This document shows positions 57,339 through 64,000 of a stretch of DNA of 64,000 bases, piece by piece. A model generated the notes under the pieces. The model did not search any database, was not told the DNA's origin, and was given only the letters and a program-made list of their open reading frames with translations. The DNA is from Candidatus Nanopelagicales bacterium. Its GTDB lineage: Bacteria > Actinomycetota > Actinomycetes > S36-B12 > UBA5976. Within the stretch, counting starts at the first letter, position 1; every line of letters starts with the position of its first letter. The position numbers and the translations under genes are program-made. The DNA lies in contig JAURFT010000003.1 in assembly GCA_030834185.1 (NCBI GenBank), forward strand, positions 1,848 to 65,847, given 5' to 3'.

Positions 57339-58318
57339 ATCACGTAAAGCCAGAACGCAATCTTGCACTAGAGCTAGTTCGCGTCACAGAGGCAGCAGCG
57401 CTCGCTGCGGCCCCGTGGGTAGGTCGAGGAGATAAGCAGCTGGCAGATGATGCTGCCGTAAAAGCAATGCGTTTTATCTTGAGCTCGGTTGATATTTCTG
57501 GTGTTGTTGTTATTGGTGAGGGCGAAAAAGACAATGCGCCATGGTTGTTCAATGGTGAAAAAGTAGGAAACGGCTTAGGACCGCAAGTTGATGTAGCGGT
57601 GGATCCCATTGATGGAACAGCATTGACGGCAAATGGGCAGTTAAATGCTATTTCAGTTATCGCAGTTGCTGACCGTGGCAGCATGTATTCGCCTTCCTCG
57701 GTTTTTTATATGGACAAAATTGTGGTTGGTTCAGGTGCTGAAGGTGCAATTGATATCGATGCTCCAGTTTCAGTTAATCTGGCAAATGTTGCCAAAGCAA
57801 AATCCAAACGGTTAGCTGATATCACTGTGATGGTGCTAAACCGACCTCGTAATTTTGAATTAATAAATCAAATCCGGATGGCTGGCTCGCGAATTCGGTT
57901 AATCCAAGATGGCGATGTTGCGGCAGCTGTAATGGCAGCACGCCCAGATACTGGCGTGGATCTATTAATGGGAATAGGCGGCACCCCTGAGGGTGTGATT
58001 GCAGCTTGCGCACTTAAAACATTAGGAGGAGCAATTCAAGCCAGGTTAGCTCCGCAATTGCCAACTGAGATTGCCAATGCGGCTGAAGAGGGCATGGATC
58101 TGCGGCAGGTGCTTACCATGAATGACTTGGTTCGAAGCGACAATGCATTTTTTGCAGCAACAGGAATTACAGATGGTGAGCTGTTAACCGGAGTGCGCTA
58201 TCAATCTGGCGGGGCTACAACAGAATCGATCGCTCTTCGCTCTCGAAGCGGCACAGCTCGAAGGGTGTTTGGGGAGCATCGCCCCGAAAAACTAGTGGGC
58301 TTGCTAGATTCCATTTAA
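57335..58318 (+). CDS. glpX: Class II fructose-1,6-bisphosphatase
   Basis: Motifs VAVDPIDGT and GGTPEGV. ATGA-type overlap with glpK. Confidence 0.92.
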   Translation: MNHVKPERNLALELVRVTEAAALAAAPWVGRGDKQLADDAAVKAMRFILSSVDISGVVVIGEGEKDNAPWLFNGEKVGNGLGPQVDVAVDPIDGTALTANGQLNAISVIAVADRGSMYSPSSVFYMDKIVVGSGAEGAIDIDAPVSVNLANVAKAKSKRLADITVMVLNRPRNFELINQIRMAGSRIRLIQDGDVAAAVMAARPDTGVDLLMGIGGTPEGVIAACALKTLGGAIQARLAPQLPTEIANAAEEGMDLRQVLTMNDLVRSDNAFFAATGITDGELLTGVRYQSGGATTESIALRSRSGTARRVFGEHRPEKLVGLLDSI

Positions 58319-58347
58319 TTGTCAGACCAACTGTTTACGCTGTAGCC

Positions 58348-58572
58348 ATGAACCAACTACCACGGATCAACCAACCTGCGGTGATCAAGATCGATTGCGA
58401 CAGTTGTCAGGTTAGATTTATTGAGTGCAGCGACTGCGTGGTTGCAGCATTGATAGGTGCTCCAACCGAATTATCAGGTGCAGACTTAGCTTTGATCTCA
58501 GTGCTAAGTAAATCTGGCCTGGTCTCACCGCTTCGATTAGTCCTAGACAACTCAGAACAAGCTACGGAATGA
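58348..58572 (+). CDS. Small Cys-rich hypothetical protein
   Basis: 74 aa with CDSC...CSDC pairs near the N-terminus. Coding status is unverified. Confidence 0.35.
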   Translation: MNQLPRINQPAVIKIDCDSCQVRFIECSDCVVAALIGAPTELSGADLALISVLSKSGLVSPLRLVLDNSEQATE

Positions 58573-59032
58573 CAACTACCGGGGTGCCAACTTTGGCAAA
58601 CTTATAAAGGGATTTGGCATTACTTACTCGTTGCCTAACGCAGCCATCAGATAGTGGCGTGCCTAGTTGCCGATCGGTTTGTGCAAAAGTTCCATCTGCG
58701 TAACGGGGGATATCGTGAAATCCAATGTTGGAATTTTTTCCACGATCAAATCTGACCATATAGTTCATGGTTGCATTGCCCAAATATGAAGTTGTGGTGC
58801 GAGACTTAGAGAAAACTTTGTAATTGCCAGGTTTGTGATGATAGTCAAATCGAGAACCTGAAACAAGATAAGTTTTCACCCAGCCAGCAGATTCATTAAC
58901 TAACCAAACTCGCTGCAATGAAATATCAAACACAATGCGATCACCCATTGAGCTGCCTGCAGTTGGTGAAGCAGATGCAGTTTGCGGCAATAGCAGCAAA
59001 GCCGCAATCAGCATCACCATAAATTTCCTCAC
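58562..59032 (-). CDS. L,D-transpeptidase (YkuD domain)
   Basis: A signal peptide, then the catalytic context GFHDIP...SDGCVRQ. Confidence 0.8.
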   Translation of the reverse strand: MRKFMVMLIAALLLLPQTASASPTAGSSMGDRIVFDISLQRVWLVNESAGWVKTYLVSGSRFDYHHKPGNYKVFSKSRTTTSYLGNATMNYMVRFDRGKNSNIGFHDIPRYADGTFAQTDRQLGTPLSDGCVRQRVSNAKSLYKFAKVGTPVVVIP

Positions 59033-59093
59033 AGGCCGATCATAAAAGCCATAGCTGCTGGTTGCATGGTGACAAACCGAGTAAATTGACCTC

Positions 59094-60221
59094 GTGCCTA
59101 GAACTTTGGTGATAACTAATGATTTTCCGCCTCGAAAGGGTGGAATTCAGACATTTGTCAGTCAGCTGCTCTCAGAGTTAGATCCAAACTCAATCGTGGT
59201 TTATACCTCAAATTGGTCTGGTGCAACTGAGTATGACAAGAAACTTACTTATGAAGTTATTCGTGCAGATACTTTAGTGATGCTACCAACGCCCAAGCAT
59301 CTGCGTAAAGCAAAACAGTTAGCAGATCAGCATCAATGCGATCAGGTGCTCTTTGGCGCATTAGCGCCGCTGGCATTGATGAGTAAAGCTCTTAAGCGAG
59401 CTGGGATAAAAAATATAGTTGCTATAACTCACGGGCATGAAGCGGGTTGGGCTAAAATTCCAATCTTGCGTTGGGTTCTTAAGCGCTGTGGAAAGCATGT
59501 TGATGTTGTTACCTACCTAACAAATTACACAAAACAAAAGATTTCACCCTTGCTAGGAACGCAAGCGAAGCTAATTAAGTTAACCCCTGCGGTGGATTCA
59601 AATAGATTTGCACCATATTCAATAGATGCAAAAAATGAGCTTAGAAAAGAATTTAATTTAGAGGGCAAAACAGTATTGCTAGGACTCTCAAGATTAATGC
59701 CCCGCAAGGGCTTTGACTCTGTAATTAGGCTGATGCCAAAATTAGTTGATAAACATCCAGATTTAATTTTTTTAGTTGCAGGTAGCGGACCCGATCAAAA
59801 AAGATTATTAAATCTGACTTCGAAAAATAAAGTAACTGAATATGTAAAATTTCTTGGTTCCATAAATTTTGAGGCACTGCCAGATATTTACAATTTAGCA
59901 GACCTATTTGTCATGCCCTGCAGAAGCCGTTATAACGGATTAGATATTGAAGGTTTTGGAATTGTTTACTTAGAAGCTGCTGCAAGTGGCGTTGCTGTTT
60001 TAGCTGGAGCAAGTGGAGGTGCAGTTGAAGCTATAATTGCCGGTCAAACAGGAGAATTAGTTTCTGAGAAAAACCTTTTTGAACAATTGGACAAATTTTT
60101 AAGTGACTCACAGCTAAGGACTAGGTTTGGTAACGCTGGCAGAGAATGGGTGAAAGAAGAGTTTGGCTTAAACTCAAGGGGAAAAATTCTGCAAACTCAA
60201 TTAGAAAGTAGAAACACATGA
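59094..60221 (+). CDS. GT4-family glycosyltransferase (PimB-like)
   Basis: GTG start, an N-terminal FPPRKGGIQ block and a C-terminal EGFGIVYLEAAASG (EX7E region). Rv2188c-like position. Confidence 0.8.
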   Translation: MPRTLVITNDFPPRKGGIQTFVSQLLSELDPNSIVVYTSNWSGATEYDKKLTYEVIRADTLVMLPTPKHLRKAKQLADQHQCDQVLFGALAPLALMSKALKRAGIKNIVAITHGHEAGWAKIPILRWVLKRCGKHVDVVTYLTNYTKQKISPLLGTQAKLIKLTPAVDSNRFAPYSIDAKNELRKEFNLEGKTVLLGLSRLMPRKGFDSVIRLMPKLVDKHPDLIFLVAGSGPDQKRLLNLTSKNKVTEYVKFLGSINFEALPDIYNLADLFVMPCRSRYNGLDIEGFGIVYLEAAASGVAVLAGASGGAVEAIIAGQTGELVSEKNLFEQLDKFLSDSQLRTRFGNAGREWVKEEFGLNSRGKILQTQLESRNT

Positions 60222-60652
60222 GTAGCGCACCTGCCTTAGAAATTGTAATTCAGTCACCGCTGCCTGACGTAATTGAAGTTCTACTTGATTTTAATGGTTA
60301 TCCAGCATGGTCAGGTTTAGATAATATGACGGTGGTTTCACGCTCAGCAGATCTGGCCCAAACGGTAATCAGATTTGAGATTTCTGCTGCTGGCTTAACG
60401 GATGCGGTGCAGATAATGGTCACTAAATCAGATGACAGCACTTTGGAATGGGAATTGGTTGAATCAGATTTGCTAACTGAATTAACGGGCGTTTTTCGGT
60501 TAATTGCGCTCGATAGCAGCAGCTGTGCGGTAGCGTATGAACTTGAGCTTAGGTTTAAAAATCCGCTTTTTAATGCAATGAAAAAATCAGCTGAGGTGCA
60601 GATGGCGCAGAAGATATTAAATAGACTCAGCGAACGAATGGTTCAAATATGA
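60218..60652 (+). CDS. SRPBCC-superfamily (polyketide cyclase/dehydrase-like) protein
   Basis: 144 aa with the motif YPAWSG. Overlaps both neighbouring genes. Confidence 0.55.
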   Translation: MSSAPALEIVIQSPLPDVIEVLLDFNGYPAWSGLDNMTVVSRSADLAQTVIRFEISAAGLTDAVQIMVTKSDDSTLEWELVESDLLTELTGVFRLIALDSSSCAVAYELELRFKNPLFNAMKKSAEVQMAQKILNRLSERMVQI

Positions 60653-61590
60653 GTTTAACTATTGGTGTTGATATCGGTGGAACAAAAATTGCAATTGGCG
60701 TGATAACTGAGTCTGGTGAAATTCTGCGGCGCGAACACATTAGCTCTCCAGCAAATGATAGAACCAAGATGCTTGCAGCTGTAATTGCTGGCATAAATAG
60801 ACTTCGTGCGGAAAATGATGTAACTGCAATTGGCATCTCAGCTGCTGGTTTAATCAATCGCGAACGAGATCAAATTATGTTCTCTCCAAACGTGGATTTA
60901 ACTGGTTCAGCAATCAAAAGTGAAGTTGAGCTAGCTACGGGCCTGCCAGTGCTGCTCGAAAATGATGCCAACAGTGCAGCTTGGGGAGAGTATAAGCATG
61001 GCGCTGGAGTTGGATATTCAAATATTGTTCTATTGACTATTGGAACTGGATTAGGGTGCGGAATTGTCATTGATGACAAATTGTTAATTGGCGGATATGG
61101 CATGGCTGCAGAAGCAGGGCATATGGTGATTAAGCCAGATGGGCAATTATGTGGCTGTGGCCAACGAGGATGTTTAGAACAATATGCAAGTGGCCAGGCA
61201 CTAACTCGAAGTGCTCGAACTTTTGTGGCAAGTGGCAGCCCAGGCGCTGACACGCTTTTTAGATCCTGCGGTGGTGATGTCACGTTGTTAACCGGCCAGA
61301 TGGTCACAGCTGCAGCCCTAAATGGAGATCCAGCGTCAATAGCGATCCTGGCTGACGCCGGAAAATGGTTGGGATACGGCATGGCTGCTGTTGCTGCGAT
61401 GCTTGATCCCGAGATCTTTATTGTCGGAGGTGGCGGTGGTGATGCTGGTGATTTGATACTTGATCCAGCTCGTACGGCTTTTGAGCAGAGATTAGCGGCA
61501 AAAGATCACCGTCCAATGGCGAAAATTGTCTCGGCAAAGTTGGGCAATGATGCCGGCATGGTGGGTGTGGCAGACTTGGCCAGGTTATGA
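60649..61590 (+). CDS. ROK-family glucokinase
   Basis: N-terminal IGVDIGGTKIA, the ROK signature, and the zinc motif GHMVIKPDGQLCGCGQRGCLE. Confidence 0.9.
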   Translation: MSLTIGVDIGGTKIAIGVITESGEILRREHISSPANDRTKMLAAVIAGINRLRAENDVTAIGISAAGLINRERDQIMFSPNVDLTGSAIKSEVELATGLPVLLENDANSAAWGEYKHGAGVGYSNIVLLTIGTGLGCGIVIDDKLLIGGYGMAAEAGHMVIKPDGQLCGCGQRGCLEQYASGQALTRSARTFVASGSPGADTLFRSCGGDVTLLTGQMVTAAALNGDPASIAILADAGKWLGYGMAAVAAMLDPEIFIVGGGGGDAGDLILDPARTAFEQRLAAKDHRPMAKIVSAKLGNDAGMVGVADLARL

Positions 61591-62552
61591 AGAAAATTTT
61601 GCTACTAGCTGTCGCACTGCTTTTAACTGCCTGCGCAAATAACACTGATGTTCTGAATGTTCAAACCAAACAGATTGAAGAAAAGACATTTACTGTTGGC
61701 AAGGATATTTATCTGATAACTAAACCCAATCAAGATGAGCGCACAGTTAAGGCGATGGAGACTGCTGCCAAGCAAGCAGCAGAACGGTTTAACTATGCAG
61801 TTGAGACATACATTCCAACTTCTGTAGATGATGCTGTTAAGAATTTAAAATCACTCTCAGGTAAAGAGAATATAGCTGGCATTGTTATTGCTGCTGATGG
61901 TGCAAAAATGGGCAAAACGCTTTCACAGGTTTCTGGTACCGGAATTCCAATTGTCGGCATTGGCGAAAACTCAGCAGCTGCGCTGCCATTTGGTGCGCTG
62001 GGCTTTGTTGGGGTCACTGATGCCGGAACTGGTAACGCGGTTGGATCGCGGTTTAAAGCATTGAACAAAAAAAGCTTATTATGTATCACCTCAACCAGTG
62101 CAGCTAAAAGCCGCGAAGTGGCACTTTGTAGAGAAGCTGGAGATATTTTAAAAAGTTCAGCTGTAATTTCAGTTAAGGTATCGGCCAAAGCTGCCCCGGA
62201 GAGTATTCGAAAAGCAATTGCAGGCGATAAAGATGTAGATGCCATTTTGTTGGCAAATCCAAAACTTAGTGGCATTTTCAACAAGGCACGTGAAAATGTA
62301 GTTCGAAAATTAACTGTCGGGGTTATGGGATATTCAGAAACATTAGAGAATGAGCTTCGAAATGGTCAGATTTTATTTATGACTGACAATCAAGAAGCAA
62401 TGCAGGCGCGATATGCAGTAGATATGTTGGGCACGTTTTTAACAACCGCGGGACGAGTTGGTAATGGCACGCCAGTGCTAACAGGGCCAGATATTGTTAC
62501 TGCTGCAACAATTGATGCAGTAGTGCTAGCCCGTAAGCAGTATCAACGTTAG
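61587..62552 (+). CDS. Lipoprotein with a periplasmic-binding-protein (type I, sugar-binding-like) fold
   Basis: Lipobox LLLTAC. 321 aa with an alternating alpha/beta pattern. ATGA overlap with the glucokinase stop. No permease gene is adjacent. Confidence 0.5.
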   Translation: MKKILLLAVALLLTACANNTDVLNVQTKQIEEKTFTVGKDIYLITKPNQDERTVKAMETAAKQAAERFNYAVETYIPTSVDDAVKNLKSLSGKENIAGIVIAADGAKMGKTLSQVSGTGIPIVGIGENSAAALPFGALGFVGVTDAGTGNAVGSRFKALNKKSLLCITSTSAAKSREVALCREAGDILKSSAVISVKVSAKAAPESIRKAIAGDKDVDAILLANPKLSGIFNKARENVVRKLTVGVMGYSETLENELRNGQILFMTDNQEAMQARYAVDMLGTFLTTAGRVGNGTPVLTGPDIVTAATIDAVVLARKQYQR

Positions 62553-63304
62553 CTTAATTTTGTTTTAGATTTAATGAAATTTATTGAGTGCCTATGGATT
62601 TCATCCATCTCATAATCCAAAGTTGCTACATGATATGAGCGCTCAAGAAAAATTTGCTCAAGATGCATTGGTGGAGTTGAAATATTTCGATAAATTAACT
62701 CTGAACTTTTTGGTGGAACAATATGATCTTTATGACTTGTAAAAATTAGTGTTGGAGTTGTAACTAAATGTAATCCTTTGCGAACATCTTGCCATAGATC
62801 TAACATCGAAGCTGCTGCTACTACTGGCGTGCGATCGTATGAGTATTCGTTTGTAGCTGGTTTAGCAATATCGTTTCCAACCGCAGGGACGCTGGGAATT
62901 ATCTTTCCAAGCACTGGTGCCAACTTAAGAAGTTTATTTTTTGCAAGTATCGCAGGATTAACCAGTAGCAACCCGCTTATTTCAGGTTGATGCTGAGCTA
63001 ATCTGAGCGCTAGCGCACCACCCATCGATAACCCAGCGATAAAAACATTTGAGCAATCTGCTGCTAACTTTAAATAGGAGAGATGAGCAGCTGCGTACCA
63101 TTGGTGCCAAGTGGTTTGATTTAAATCTTGCCATTTGGTGGCGTGGCCCGGCAGCACTGGCAGTTCAACTGAATAATTCTGCTCAATTAGGTGCTCAGCC
63201 CATGGCCGCATGGATGCTGGTGAGCCAGTAAATCCGTGCAGCAGCAAAACTCCCACATCTGATTTACGAGAGCTCAGCGGTGCAGTTAAATGATTCATTT
63301 GCAC
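62549..63304 (-). CDS. Alpha/beta hydrolase (carboxylesterase/lysophospholipase-like)
   Basis: An HGFTGSP oxyanion block, the nucleophile elbow GLSMGG and a C-terminal SYHVAT histidine. Confidence 0.8.
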   Translation of the reverse strand: MQMNHLTAPLSSRKSDVGVLLLHGFTGSPASMRPWAEHLIEQNYSVELPVLPGHATKWQDLNQTTWHQWYAAAHLSYLKLAADCSNVFIAGLSMGGALALRLAQHQPEISGLLLVNPAILAKNKLLKLAPVLGKIIPSVPAVGNDIAKPATNEYSYDRTPVVAAASMLDLWQDVRKGLHLVTTPTLIFTSHKDHIVPPKSSELIYRNISTPPMHLEQIFLERSYHVATLDYEMDEIHRHSINFIKSKTKLS

Positions 63305-63378
63305 TCCTTACGCTAGGGGAATGATGGTAGGGCGGGGGGCCTTAGCTTGTCAGCCTGAATGGGTCGTAGTTTTTGCCC

Positions 63379-64000
63379 GTGGCCATTGATGACGAACGAC
63401 TCGAAACGCCCGTATATTGGTTGCTTCGATATGGAAGCTTAGGGCCGTTAGTAAATCTGCTTTACACCCCTTGGATTGAGGGCGCTGAAAATATTCCTAA
63501 AACTGGTGCAGCAATTTTAGCTCCAAACCACCTATCTTTTATAGATTCCATCGTGGTGCCATTGGCAACTTCGCGACGAGTAACCTTTTTGGCCAAATCC
63601 GAATACTTTGAAGGCAAGGGCCTTAAAGGATTTGCGATGCGAACCTTTTTTAGAAGCGCAGGACAAATACCAGTTGAGCGAGGAACTTCAAGAGCATCAA
63701 ATGCGCTAACTGCTGCTGCCAAAGTGCTCCAAAACGGCGGCTTAATTGCGCTGTATCCAGAGGGGACCAGATCACCCACTGGCATGCTTTATAAAGGTCG
63801 AACTGGTGTGGCGCGGCTTGCGCTAGAGAACAAAGTTCCAGTAATTCCAATTGGGCTACATGGCACAAGAGAGGTCCAACCCCCAGAGCGAAATATGCCA
63901 AAGCTAGGACGTGTTGGTATAAAAATTGGGAAGCCATTGGATTTCTCGCATTTGTACGAGCAGCGAACAGAGCGTGACACACTGCGAGCTGTTACTGATG
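63379..64000 (+). CDS. plsC: 1-acyl-sn-glycerol-3-phosphate acyltransferase (PlsC family), 3' end outside window
   Basis: Not in the ORF track because there is no stop in the window. Frame 1 is open from the stop at 63367-63369, with a GTG at 63379. Motifs NHLSFIDS (HX4D) and YPEGTRS. Confidence 0.8.
   Translation, partial: MAIDDERLETPVYWLLRYGSLGPLVNLLYTPWIEGAENIPKTGAAILAPNHLSFIDSIVVPLATSRRVTFLAKSEYFEGKGLKGFAMRTFFRSAGQIPVERGTSRASNALTAAAKVLQNGGLIALYPEGTRSPTGMLYKGRTGVARLALENKVPVIPIGLHGTREVQPPERNMPKLGRVGIKIGKPLDFSHLYEQRTERDTLRAVTD

Noticed and set aside
63462-63982. Three minus-strand ORFs (63462-63785, 63650-63982, 63789-63980) listed in the track
   Set aside because: The plus strand here encodes an obvious PlsC acyltransferase (NHLSFIDS, PEGTRS). 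The track missed it only because the gene runs off the window, so the minus ORFs are shadows.

Overview
This is a tightly packed, almost fully coding chromosomal segment of about 65 genes. It has the hallmarks of a streamlined, moderate-GC actinobacterium, possibly an acI/Nanopelagicales-like freshwater lineage; that assignment is inference only. From my memory of the H37Rv gene order, the backbone is collinear with Mycobacterium tuberculosis Rv2182c-Rv2221c. In window order it runs glnE, glnA, RDD, DUF4191, lipA, lipB, TIGR01777 epimerase, sucB, lpdA, pepA, a cobT-like gene, DUF3043, glycerate kinase, HesB, a PfkB kinase, ctaCDF, qcrBAC-ctaE, trpD, a DEDD/GIY-YIG nuclease, a PimB-like GT4, SRPBCC and plsC. 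Lineage-specific blocks interrupt this backbone. They include a phoU-pstCAB-pstS-pstS' phosphate cluster with two PHO-box-like direct repeats, and an MMPL/peptidase E/FAD-oxidoreductase block. There is also a cobalamin-riboswitch-controlled ECF transporter operon that ends in a degenerate CobT-like gene, and a gpsA-glpD/glpK-glpX glycerol cluster. The best candidate for an undescribed system is a translationally coupled three-gene operon at 40346-43663 (minus strand), wedged between ctaF and the qcr locus. It encodes a Cas4/AddB-type Fe-S PD-(D/E)XK nuclease, a tandem double-module nuclease ending in an SSB-tail-like DDLPF, and a small EcsC-like protein, with no helicase gene nearby. No rRNA, tRNA, CRISPR array, transposase or integrase was seen. 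All calls come from reading the ORF translations and the DNA by eye; no database search was possible.
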